Positions 1 through 12,262 of a DNA stretch of 64,000 nt are shown here, piece by piece (positions within the stretch are counted from its first letter, which is position 1; each line of letters starts with the position of its first letter). Both the position numbers and the translations under genes were made by a program. Source of the stretch: Elsinoe ampelina (lineage: Eukaryota); assembly GCA_010093995.1 (NCBI GenBank), contig ML992507.1, positions 1,113,868-1,177,867 on the forward strand, given 5' to 3'. The notes under the pieces are model-generated. The model did not search any database, had not been told where the DNA came from, and saw only the letters and a list, made by a program, of their open reading frames with translations.

Positions 1-4
1 AAAA

Positions 5-205
5 TATTATAAACTGTCTAAATATAGTCTACGCTAGTAGTCTAAGCTAAGCTAAGAACGAGGTAGTTCTACTTCTATAGTAGTATAGTACTAAGGTAAG
101 AGTTAGAGAAGGTATATCTTATAGATAATAAAGTATAATTAGATAGTATTATAAAGGCTAGCCTTAGTAATACTAGTATTTACTATCTAGACGAGGTTAA
201 CTATA
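5..205 (+). mobile_element. Partial LTR, same family as the solo LTR at 25556
   Basis: TATTATAAACTGTC... is the RIP version of TGTCACGAACCGTC...; ~200 bp align with 25556-25755 apart from transitions, then the two diverge. Confidence 0.85.
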
Positions 206-409
206 ATATTACTTATAAAGGAGAGTATAGTATATATCTTATGTCGTGTTATAATTACCTTAAGTAATTATAAGTAGTAGTTACTCTAATTACTCGTAAG
301 CGAAGTAATCTAAGATAGTTAGTTCCTCTACTTCCTTTTATGCTTCCCTAGCGTAGCCTAGCCACGTCTCTAATTAGCTTGTCTATAGCCTAGCTACAAG
401 TTTATTATA

Positions 410-2750
410 AAGTCTTTCTCGTTATTCTTCTACTAATTAAGTACTTTAAATCCTAGTATACTCTAGACTAGAGGGATATTAAGGTAGTTCTTGCTCTTCT
501 AATAAGTAGTTTAAGAACTCTCCTATTAATCCTAGATTACTAAGCTAATATTAGACTAGAAGCTAAAGCTCGTCTAGGGAGAGGTAAGCTATATAGGTAA
601 CTAAGGTCGATAGAACTAATTATCTTTATCTTTAAGTAGGGTTATAATACTTAGAGTCTTAGGTAGACTATCTAGAGAAGGTAGTTTACTATTATAGTAA
701 CTAAGGTAGTTAAGAAATTACTTATAATACTTAGCCTTATTAGATTTCTCCTAGGTGTTATTCTATAATATAATTAGCTTACTATAAGAATATATTTATA
801 AGCTATAAACCTCGTAGGGGGTTAGCTTTTATATAGAGTCTAAGACTATACTATAATTAAAGAGGTACTCTCTCTTGTTATTAGTATAATTATAGTACTT
901 TAATAATTTATCTCGACCGTGCTCTACTATAAGTCTAACTACTTTAGGCTAAGGCTTATTATTATCTCTCTCCTTGTCTATAGTGCTATTCTCTATCTTA
1001 TTAAGGAAGTTAAATAGACAATTATATATTAACTAGATATATATAATTAGTAGGTAGCTAATAGTACTTAACTAAGTAGTTACTACCTTAAAGTTCTTAA
1101 GCATCTTTATTACTAGCTTAAGGTATAACTACTCTATACTATTAAGCTAAAGACGTTTAAGATCCTTATAATCTAGATTACTAGTATTAGTACTAACTAA
1201 GTTAGGTCCTATACTAGTAGAACTCTTTATTATAATCTCCTATTTAAGCTATTAGTCGATTAATAGTCTAAGCTTAAGACTACGCTTATACATATTAAAG
1301 GTTAAGTTCTACTATGTCTTAACATCTTAAATAATAGCCTTATACTCTCGAGGTATTATAGCTTATTAAAGAGTTATAAACCTCTTAAAGTATTAAGGTA
1401 ATTAATCGATAGTAATATAGGTTATATAGAGCTAGGAATTAATTAGACTATAATTAAAAACTATAATTAAAATACTAACCTTACGAAGTAAGTTTAGTAC
1501 TAAAAGTTTAATAGAGATCTTTCTTAAGTACTACCTTTTAAGCCTAGTAGCTTATTTATCCTCCTTAGTAGTCTTAAGGTCGAGGTACTTAATAATATTC
1601 TATATAACAAGATTAATAATATATAAGGCATAGAATAGTGTTTTCTTATATACTCTATGTAATACCTACCTACCTAAGAAGCCTTTATACTATCTTATAT
1701 AATATATAGTTGTTACTTATATTATTAGCAGTAATAGCAAGGAGTCTGTCCTAGAGATTATAGTACTAGAGTGTCCGTACGAGTTTAGTAGCTATATTAT
1801 AGCCTATGTATTAACCCCGAAGTAGTACTATATCTAATAATTATTCCTAGAGCTACTATTAGTTATTAATATAATAAGCTTTAATTGTAATAAAGCTTAA
1901 ATAATTATTTATAGACTAGCTATTAAGGGCAATTAAGACCTTTATTGTCTTATTAAGATCTTATAATAACGTTCGATAGAGATTTTTAAATTTATTATTA
2001 AAGAGAGTAGTAAAGTAAGTATAGCTTAGTATAAATACTCCTAGGTATAGGAACTATATAAACTATTAGAAGGATAGTTGCTCGATAGTACAAAATAACT
2101 AATTATAGTCTACTACTATTTAAATAAGCTCTAAGTAGAATTAAGTAATTAAATATAAAGGAACATTTTTATAATTAATTACTAGACAACTTCGAAGCTA
2201 TATAAGTGCTTAGTCTACTAGATTATAGGCCAATTTCGTAACCTTAGTATAGGTCTTTATATCTCTATAATTACTTATTATATTTATACCTTACTTTAAT
2301 AGTAATAGGTAAGTAAGTATATTACTACACCGTAAGTAGTAAATAAATAAATGTCTATTAGATACCTATATAGCTTCTCTAAAGTATATCTATACTAATC
2401 TAGTTCTTAGTATTAAGTTCTAGTTTAGTAGACTATACTCCTTAGAGAAGCTATAGCGAGATACTTATAGTATTAAGTTCTACTACTATAGAAAGCTTTA
2501 AAGATCTACTTATTCCTTAGTAGATATTAAAGGATTAAGCGTTAGACACTTAATAAGGTACTATAGTATAGGCTAACTACCTCTATTACGTTATTATATA
2601 GTAAAGTAATAACTAGCTAGATCTTAGAGAATAGGGACTACTATAATTAGTAGAGTTAATAGAAGACATAATTATAGATTAATTAGATTATCGGAATCTA
2701 CTATAGTAGAGTATAGAGGTTATATAACTTATATTATTAAACAGAAGTAG
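410..2750 (-). pseudogene. RIP-inactivated hAT-superfamily transposase, 3' truncated; 5' limit approximate
   Basis: Minus-strand frames read KVLIALNS*S (de-RIP ~ALDGWS), LLAITANNISNN (ITADNASNN), TILCLIY..INL (CLAH.INL, with a frameshift), *DVKT**NLTFNM (DVKTRWNSTFDM) and VLN**KNNEK (start of the dimerization domain). Motifs are in the correct hAT order. Confidence 0.85.
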
Positions 2751-3551
2751 TATAGGTATTTATAATAATACTACAATTTTTTAGCTAAACAAATTTAAAA
2801 TGTTTAGATAAGTAATATATTTAAGTTTAGACTATTAGAAAGTCTTTTCTATAATTACTTTACTTAAGGCGTTTAAAAACGCACTAGTAGCCCCTAAGTA
2901 ATTATAAACATTAATTACTAATATCGAGGAAGAATTAAAGTATTATTATATTATATTATTATAGTAAAGAAATTTATTACTTTACCTATACTATTCCCCT
3001 AGTATAAGCTACTACTTAAAACTCTAATCCTTAACTAACAACTAACTATAAACTTCTAATAGTAGTACTTAGTAAGGCTAAAGTTCTTATAATTAATAGT
3101 AATATACTTAGTATAGATAGCGTTAAGGTTTATATCTATAAATAAGTATTAATCGAGGTTTTAACACATATTAAATAGGTATATATCTTCTATATATCTA
3201 ATAATAAATACCTCTACTAATTCTTAGAGAGCTCTAAGTATATTAGCTGTCTAGCGATTAACCTTAAGAGTAAGTTATATATCTTAGAATATCTTATAGA
3301 TAAGGCAAGAAAAGGAGAGTTTATAGAATAATAATTAAATATCCTTTTAGTAGTAACAAATCTTATAGAGAGCAATAGCTACCTTCTATTAGTTCTACTC
3401 TATAATTAGAAACTATAATAAATACTACTAGGCTTAAATCTCTACTTCTTTCTAGACTTAGCCTAGGATTATAGTATTTTCTTTATAGTAGGTTACTTCC
3501 CTTTATAACCTCTTTCTCTAGAACTAGTAGTAGCTTAAGAATAACCTTTTT

Positions 3552-3859
3552 TACATACTATAGTAAAGTAAAAGGTTATTTGTATATAGCTAAGAAGTTA
3601 AAGTTTATATATAAAATTTTAGTATATATAAAATAGTAAAAAGGAGAGGCTAGAGTAAGAAATATAAAACCTATTATTAGATATGCTATTTACTATTAAT
3701 AATAGAGAATAATAGGATAATAGTAAATAACTTATATAATAATAGCTTTCTTATTCCTTACCCTAGCCTCCTTTTTTATTATTTTATATATTTATAAATT
3801 ATAAATTTCTAACTCTAACTTTCCCTTTATACCTTTACCTCTTTTACTTACCTTATGTA
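3552..3859. repeat. Foldback/MITE-like inverted repeat (~140-bp arms, short spacer)
   Basis: 3595-3696 (aagttaaagttt...aaaaggagaggctagagtaag...gctatttacta) is the approximate reverse complement of 3721-3822. Confidence 0.7.
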
Positions 3860-5305
3860 TAATTTATATACTATAAATACTCTTTTTATTACTTTTAATT
3901 AAATATCTACACTTATAGAAGATATTAAAATAGAGTAGAAAGAGTAGGTAGTAATTAAGTAGAAAGAAGATAGTAGGGAGAATATTCTAAGAGAATTATT
4001 AGGGGTATTAATTATAGTTTCTTATTATATATAGTTACTAACAATACTAGGGATTTAATTCTAAGTAGTAGAAAATTAAACACTAGATCTCTTAGTATAG
4101 CACTAGTTAATCTAGAAAGGGCTATAAGACTAGATTTGTCGCTAGATACTCTAGACCTCTAAGTTAAAGTACTTATACTATTAAGTAAAGAGATTATACT
4201 TCTTAGTATATATATAAGGAGTAAGCTCTCTATACTACTTAAGTAGTAGATTATAAAGCTATTAGTACTTTACGTAACAAGATTAAGAGAGAGAATAGAT
4301 AGAATTAGCTCTCTACTAAAGAGTAGAATATTAGAATTAATAATACTATTAAAGATATAGAGGAGAAATACTTTAATAAATAGAGGAGTAGTAAGTCTAT
4401 TATTATAGTATACTATTATAGTAGTACTAATCGTTATAGGCGAGTAGCTCGAATCTATATTTATATAGACCTATAAGAAATAGACTAGCATTAGAAAGAC
4501 TCTATAAAAGTAAGAGCATAATAAGATTATTAAGCATATCTAAGATAATATAGTAGTAAATTAGCAAGGTAAATAATAGCTAATATAAGCCTATATATAT
4601 ATCTATAGTACTAGTAGTATTATCGAGAAGCTATAGTGTAAAATTTACTAGGATAGCTATATAAGCCTTGTCACTAATAACACTAATAATAAGTAGATAT
4701 ATAAGATTTTTTTTAAGTAGCTTAAAGAGCTCTCTCCTATAGAATTAGTAGTATTATAGAATCCTAACTAGTAGTAAGTTTATTATAGTCTTTAATTATA
4801 GTATATTCTAACAATTGTATAGGCTAGTTGTTCCTCTACCTCCTAAGTATAAATGTATCTCTAAGCTTAAACTCTATAGTACTAGGCTATACTATAAAGG
4901 AGACAATAATAATAAGTATAAGAAGAAGATTAAGGAGGATAAGGATAAGATTAAAAGAATATTAGATAAGGAAGCTAGTAGTAATAAGGATTATTATCTA
5001 GGTATTAAAGTTAAAGATAAGTTAGATAGTAAGGATAAAGATAATAAGGTTATAGAGCACTCTAAGCTTAAGACTAATAGTAATAACAATAATAAGAATA
5101 AGGATAAGAATAAGAATATAAAGAATAAGAATACTACTAAGGTTAAGGATAAAGAGATGTCTAATACCTAGATATAATAGAGATTAAAAGTATAATTCTA
5201 TAAGTAGTAGTATTAGAGAATATAGTTTATAATTAGAATCTATTATTAGTAATTATACTTTATTATTTTATATATTACTAATAACCTATAGAGTATAAAA
5301 TTTAT

Positions 5306-5450
5306 AACTCTACTCTAACCTACCCCTTAGCTTAGCTAACTCTAACTCTACTTACTCTAGCGGGGGTTAGCTAAGCCTAGGGGTAGGTTAGAGTAGGGGT
5401 AGGTTACCTAGAGAAAATCCTAACTCTACTCTACTCTATAACTACTCTAC
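5306..5450. repeat. Hairpin and cluster of ACTCT(A) short repeats, probably a transposon subterminal region
   Basis: ctactctaacctaccccttagcttagctaac (~5310-5340) pairs with gttagctaagcctaggggtaggttagagtag (~5366-5396). Confidence 0.5.
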
Positions 5451-6599
5451 TATATAGTACCTATAGCTAAGGCTTAATAGTAATTAGTTCTACTACTAAT
5501 AGACTATTTAGTTAGATAGGTGTTCTCTATATTATAATATATATAGCTTTAATATAAGGCTTTAATAATAGCTATCTTTAGTATACTTAGTATAAACTAG
5601 TTCTTTTTCTTTCTCTACTATTACTCTAAACTAGTTAGTATCTCTTTCTATTATAAAGCTAGTTTTATTTATGTTATAGATATTCTTAGACTTAATACTA
5701 TAGTTAGTAATAATACTAGCTAGATAGTTAAACTAGACCTAGATTATTTAGTAAGAAACTAAGAATTTTAAGTCTAATAAGTATAAGTATTCTCTAAAGA
5801 TTATACTTAGTAGTATACTAGTAATAAGAATAGCTATAAATCTCTAGGCTTTAGTATTATATAACTTAAAGTTATATAACTTTATAGCTTAATTATCTAG
5901 AAAGAGCTATATTCTTAATTCTAAAAGTATATATATCTTATATAAAGTAAAATATAATAGAAGTAAATTAAGCTTTAGTACGAGATACTACTATATCTAT
6001 ATACTTCTTTTTATAATAGATTTAAGAATAAATTAGAGACTATAGAGATAATAATAATAGAAATTTCTATATTAAATAAATAAGAATTAACTAAGATATA
6101 GTAGTTTAAAGTAATAGAAGGTCTATTTAATATAGTATACTAAGAGATTACTCTAAATTTATATACTAAAACTTTATTAAAAATTTATATTTACTTTAGT
6201 TTCTTCTAACTCTTAATATTTTAATAAATAAATATAATTAACTTTTTATCTTATAGTTCTTACTAGCTATAATTAAAAATAATAATACTAATTTAATACT
6301 ACTAAACTAAAGCTAGTAAAACTAGTAATTATAAGCTTAGCTAAGTAATATACTATATAGTTAAGTAGTTTTATTTAAAAAGACTATAGACTTATTTTGA
6401 AAAAAAAATTAAAATTAAGTTTATATTTTAAATTTATACAACTAAGATTAGATTATAAAAGACACATTTAAGTATAGTACTATATATCTTACGGAGTCTA
6501 ATTCTATATCGCTCGTCGCCTCTACGCTCTCGACTTATCGAGGCTCGATTTGAAAATCAATTATTATATAAGAAATATTCTAGCCACCTTGCAACATAA

Positions 6600-6712
6600 G
6601 GCGAAGTAGCAAAGTGGTTACTGCGAGTGACTAGAAGATTATAGGTGTATCAACCTTTAATACAAGATATCACTTCCCTTCGGGGGCGTAGGTTCGAATC
6701 CTGCCTTCGTCG
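6600..6712 (+). tRNA. tRNA-Ser(AGA) with 32-nt intron (6637-6668)
   Basis: Acceptor stem GGCGAAG/CTTCGTC plus discriminator G; D-loop AGTGGTTA; anticodon stem AGTGA/TCACT with CT-AGA-A; intron at the canonical 37/38 position; long variable arm CCCTTCGGGG; GGTTCGAATCC T-loop; T-runs downstream. Confidence 0.93.
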
Positions 6713-9032
6713 TGTACACTTTTGTATTTTTGAACATCTCTATCGATAGAGAACATAAATATCTATGTCCTGAAGAAGTTTCGGGTCGATAGCATATGTA
6801 TTGGTGGAGATACAGCGGAAATGGCGTTGTGTCCTTTATGTAGTTTGTATGAAGCTAAAGCCTACTTTTGCGGAGGCTTTCCGCACCAATCTTTGCTACA
6901 CGCTGTCATCTAGTGTTCTTCATCACCCTACAAGAATACAGAACTCTACTGTCTCACATAATTTAGATAAGCATTCATAATATTATAGCATAGCAGGTCA
7001 TGTGGTAATCACAATGCTTTACATGCCTAGGAATCTCAAGTGCGAGGACAGACGCGAGAACATCACGGAATAGCTGTAGATCAATGCAAATGCGACACAT
7101 GTCCTGCCACATGAAATATGCGAAGAAGTCGTTGGCCCCTAAGCCCCTAACCCCTGAGCCCCTGAAAAACTACTAGCTTGATACACCTTCCTACACATCC
7201 CATCTGGATCTACTACTTTGTCTGCCTTGGCTTGGGTAGCATCTCTAGAATTGGTGACTGCATGAGGTGTTAGCATTCACAGTGAACCTACGTGCTTGAC
7301 TATCTTCTGCTCTAGCTGCTGCTCCCGCTCCTTGAGTACCATCATTCTCAGCCCTGAGCTCATCATATAATCCTCTTCTCGGGAGACGAAGCCCTTTCTG
7401 ATCCCACTTCGAAGTACCAAGCACCGGACTTCATCCATTCATCTCGGAACCTGAGTAAGCTTTTCGTCCTAGCTATAGCGACCTCTCTGCTAGCAGATAC
7501 TCTACGAGAGAAGTTGCTAGGTACAGCCTGGATAGCCTGCTTGAAAGTCGTACCTATGCGAGCCATGGCCTGACGTAGATTAAGCAAGGCATGGTCAAAG
7601 TTCAAATATAGATGACGCTATCGAGTTGCATCGACGCAACTACTATGGAAATGCTCTGCATCCTCTCCACTCGCAAAAGTTGAGTCCTCCGCAACACTAT
7701 CTTAGCTGAGTATCAACTGCCTACATTCATAACTTCGTTGAGACAGAATTCATAGGCCTTGAATTAGGAGGAGAGATAGTTCTAGTTGGTATTAGCTACG
7801 CATGTAACTACCAGATCTCTGAATCAACTTCTCATGTTGTAACAGCTATTACAACAAGCCACACATTTCGGATTGCGGAAAAGGGATATACATTTGCGGG
7901 TGCAGAGGATTTAGCGAAGGATGCATTACAGGCTTCGTACAAGATGCATCTTGACTGTAGAATGCACAGCTTGCTCCACGATTGTCGCTGTGGGCGTCAT
8001 GCTACGCGGAAGACAGCTACAGGCGCTGCACTGAGATTGCTGCGACTAATGAGGGGTTTCATGGGAATGTCACAATGCTTCGACATGAAGTAAAGTGATA
8101 AGCTTGCGACCACAGGCAGTAATGAACGCCGAATGTGGTCAATCATCTGTCAAGATTACGACTGCTGCTGCATGATCTTTGTAGTCGTTAATGCTGTAAA
8201 TGTACATGCTGCTGCAACGGACTTCAAACAAGCAAGACTTATATTTCAGAGCTGGTAGACGATATCTAAAAATCGCGTCCCATTCATCAGGTCTCACTAG
8301 CAGTGCCACAACTTACTTATTCAACCCTTGGACGCTTCTAAAGACAAGGCCCGCAACTCTGCAGGCATGCGTACACAACCTCGACAAAGTTCATCCTAAA
8401 ACAGTGCGGCCATTGATCCCGACAGCATGACTTGGAGAACATCGGACGCTTCCTGTGAATAGACTGGTCGTTGAAGTATAGCTGTATTGGTTTCATCCCG
8501 CAACCACAGGTAGTCCGTGCCGTTCTTTGCATGTCGTGTTGCTCGTCGCATCTTCGACTATCATAATAAATCTGTGTCGAGAGAGACTGTTGCCGAAGGT
8601 GATCTGAGACAGTCAGTCCCAAGAGGCCATAACGTAAGGCCATAGGCTTGGCTTGTTGGTAGTGGCAGTCTGTCAATGAAGGCCACCACAACAATCGACA
8701 AGAAACACACCAAAGACCTTCCGAGCATTGCATATCATCGCCGACTTGAAATCTCGTCAGTGTAAACACAGAGAGCGTCTCCTGTACTGTGGAACGCATG
8801 AGGTATTTGAGGAAGATTCTGAATGACTGCCGCCACTAGGGATGGGGATCAACGATGAGGCGACTACAGCGTCTTGTGACAGCAGTAGTACTCACGTCCA
8901 TTTGGAGTACCCGAGAGCTGATCTACATACGAAAGCGACTCGCAAAGAGCGCATTGCAATGCTTACCCTTATCCGAACAATCCATTATTCTGGTTCGTAT
9001 TGCTTACCCAAGTCGAGCGTTAGCTCCTGAAT

Positions 9033-9692
9033 AGGCGGTTTTAGCTGGTGGCAGAATCCTTTCAGTTTGTCAGCTTAGAGTTTGACTCGTTGCCTTTAGC
9101 TCACCGAAATTGGCAGGGATAGACGCGAGTGGCGAAATATCTTGGCCCTCCTTTGTGCTTAATGAGCAACTCTTTACGTCGTCGGTATAGCTGAATTGAA
9201 GCTGTAAAAAGGTGTTGTGATGCCGCCGAGTGATCACTAGCGTGTTATTGCAGCTACAGCTGCTCTTGTGATCCTCCTCCTTGTGCAGCAAGAGGAGCAA
9301 TTGAGTGCTCCTCCTCCTTAGCCTCCTCCACCAGCTCCAATCCACGTACCTCGACCCCTCCGGTCGTTGAGGAGGTGCTTAAGGAGGTGGTACAATTGGA
9401 TGATAAGGTGATCTATAAGAGCTTGGAGGTTGATTCATCTTGAAGGCCTTGAAGGGTAATAGATAGAGGTATACCACAACCACCAAGCTTGAGGTTAAGC
9501 ACCTCGTCTATTTGCACTAACACGGCAATTTAGACGAGCAAAACTCAACTGAAGCACCCTCTCAGTTAACTGATGGAGTGCTTCAGTCGGCTAATTCATC
9601 TGTTACAGTTCACGCTAAAAGCTCGTCAAATTGGCCTATCTCCACCAAGATCGACAAACTGAAAGGCGGTGAGGAGTCAGCTAAAACCGCCT
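9033..9692. mobile_element. 660-bp non-autonomous PIF/Harbinger-like element (MITE or internal deletion derivative)
   Basis: Perfect 15-bp TIR AGGCGGTTTTAGCTG (9033-9047 / 9678-9692); AAT on both flanks; second inverted pair CCTTTCAGTTTGTC (9058-9071 / 9653-9666); TIR resembles those of the neighbouring Harbinger elements. Confidence 0.85.
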
Positions 9693-10403
9693 AATGTTCG
9701 AACACGCCAAAAGAATATGCGGGTAGAAACAACTTCAACGGGGGTGATCGTTCCAAAAGACCCAATCTAGATAATCACGAGCCAGACGAGGACGGGATCT
9801 TACCACCATACATGAAATAGAAAAAGCTTGAGAGCACGTTGGAAAGCATGCAAGGTACAGACCAGGAGGAAAATGATCGACGATCATGTTCGCGCGACTT
9901 TCACGCGCTCAAGTCGTGTCAATCGAGGCTTCGAAACCCGTTGGCTGTGAGTGTTCCGAGGAAGGAAGGGCATGCATGACGACAGGATGAGAAGTGCAGT
10001 TACGAGTTTCTCAGGATGCGAAACGTGAGAGATGCCGCCGTGCTCCACGGATGGCAGGGTGGGAGAGGGAGTGGTCACTGTGATGAAATGTGTTTGCCGA
10101 GGATGCTGGGTTTGATGGCCAGCAATCAATCCCGACGGTGGGACTTGATGTTTGACAGACCGGGAACATGAATCATCTTGGAAATTTTGTGGAATAGAGG
10201 GTTTTAGCAGCTGTCGGTCGAGTGACAGCTAGTGGGTCTGTGGCTTGTTAGCGTCCGCCGCCGTTGTACTCCTTCCTCACCAAAATAGCTAGCGGCCGGC
10301 GTACAATTTGAGCACCTTGGCGTAATCCTTCTACAGTGCTGATATTTGCTACCTCGTCGTCAATATAGAGCGTAAATTTGTCTAAAAAGGTGTTAGTGCA
10401 ATT

Positions 10404-11513
10404 ATAGAGGACAAAGAGCTTAACTTTAATAAGATATTACTTATCTATCTATACCTCCTCTGCCGCTATTAACTTAATCGCCCTTGCCGCTACTATAGCG
10501 CTAAATATAAAAAGAAGTGCTCTATCTATCGGTATAGAAAGCCTTATCCTTATTAGTAGTTTAACTAGAATATAGACTAGTAGTATAATAACTCTTTCTA
10601 TAATAATATAAGGTTCTCTAAAGGCTAAATCCTTAAGCTAGTATAGCTACTCCGGATTAAAGAACTATAATATAGTAATCGTAATTAGCTATTAGTAGAG
10701 ATAGCTATCTACGTAATACTTTACTAATTAACTTATCTAAACTAGTAGAACAAGATTTGCTATGTTTTTAGTTACTCTCGAGGTTAGCTATCTAGCGTCT
10801 TTATCGACGTAATTATACATATTAATAGCCTCTTCTATAATAAGGTTGCTTAGCATTCTTAGCTAGATAACTATAAGCTTCTAGAGTAATTTACTAAGGC
10901 TATTAGTAATACTAGAGAGTATAATTAGATCTAGAGTTTTATTAATAGTACTTTTAAAGGCTTCTAAAGACCTACTATTAGTTAGTAGCAAGTCTATAGT
11001 AGCTATTATAGCGGCTATAGCCTTAAATTTTAAGGCATTATTATACTAGATAGATTAATAAGCTTACTTATTAGACTCTTTAGTAGTAAGAAGAATAACT
11101 AGACGATATAGAATTTGTTAATTATAAAGGATAAACTTCGCTATATTAACGCTAGATATATACTAGGGAAGGAGCGCTTATACCTCTATAGTAACGCTAC
11201 CTATTATAATAGTAAATCGATAATAGTGCTATTTTAGTATAAGGCTAGCTAGTAGTTTCTTAGTAATCGAGAGTTAGCTTTTAATACTAAGATATTGTTA
11301 ATAAGAATTATAATTAAGAATAGCTTTAGTAAAGTATAGTAGAAGTAGATATATATAGGCTTTATAAAAGGCCTATATAGAGGTAAGTAACTAGTTAGCT
11401 TCTTTTATTAAGTAGTAGTATTACTTACTAATATCTATACTTATTTAGAAGACTCTAATAGTATATCCTTATAGTTTAATTATAATCTGCTATTAGTGGA
11501 AGAATATTTATAG
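10404..11513 (+). pseudogene. RIP-inactivated PIF/Harbinger (HARBI1-like, DDE_Tnp_4) transposase
   Basis: One 370-codon frame reading I*SFINSTF (IWGFIDGTF), YSSYYSGYSLKF*GII (YSGHHGGHGLKFQGIV), LYLYSNATY (LYGDAAY), FNTKILLIRIIIKNSFSKV (FNTKMSSVRIVIENGFGKV), VLLTNIY...VEEYL. Confidence 0.9.
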
Positions 11514-11879
11514 GTTAAAGAGATTACTAAGGTAGAGGCGTAAAGTTAGAGAGCTTAAAAAAGTACTAAGTCTAAAAAAAGTAACTAAGGTAATAAAGAT
11601 ATAGAGGTAGCTATAAGAGTAGCGACCGATACTAGTATTTAGTTTTATATAACAATTCTTATATTAATCAATTCTTTAGCAGATTTAGAGTTAATTAATA
11701 TATATATTGTTATAATATTTAGCGTATAATACCTTTATCTTAAAGCTTAGAGATCTATCTATATTAGCTTTACCTAGTGTAAGATAGGCTAAGATAGACA
11801 TATAATATAGATTGTACTTAATAAGGCACGCGGCAGTATCCGTGCTAGTTTAGCTACTTATAAGCTTATAATTTCTTTA

Positions 11880-12262
11880 GCTATCTCTTCTATTACTACT
11901 TAATTCTTTACCTCTACTAATATACTTAATAAAAGTATAAAAAAGAGTAGTATTCTTACGCTACTAGCGCTCTATTTACTCCTCTAGCTAGTTAATCGAC
12001 AAGCGTAGGTCGCTAAGTTAAGATATGCTACTAGCGTTAAGTAAAGTAGTTTACTTATCGAGATAGGTAATAAGACTACGTTTTATATTAATAGCGTCTT
12101 TACGTTATTCTCTATAGTAGTAAATATTATAACTCTAGCTTCTACTTCTCGCCTTACTTGCTAAGCTATTGTTTACTTAGCTAGTACTACTAGCTATAGC
12201 AATAGTAGTAGTAGCGGTAGTAGAGAAAGGCCTAGCCTTACTACTAGTATATAGCGCCTTAC
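11880..12262 (-). pseudogene. 3' part of Harbinger A ORF2 (accessory protein); bounds approximate
   Basis: Ala/Thr/Ser-rich frame resembling 39040-39420; joins in frame with 36518+ when the nested element and one TA are removed. Confidence 0.65.

Larger units (their letters stand above)
1..6480. repeat. RIP-mutated AT-rich repeat block 1 (continues beyond window start)
   Basis: Strong TpA excess and CpA/TpG depletion; relic reading frames full of TAA/TAG; sharp change to normal GC at ~6480. Confidence 0.93.

Noticed and set aside
4815..5171. 118-aa K/N/D-rich ORF
   Set aside because: RIP-converted acidic low-complexity relic (GAT/GAG to AAT/AAG) with a non-ATG start; family not identifiable.
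7136..7164. Telomere-like CCCCTAA/CCCCTGA repeats
   Set aside because: Only four degenerate units, not a (CCCTAA)n tract.
7363..8799. Short ORFs in the GC island (80, 76, 153 aa)
   Set aside because: No recognisable motifs, flanking in-frame stops and no coherent exon structure; at most decayed gene fragments.
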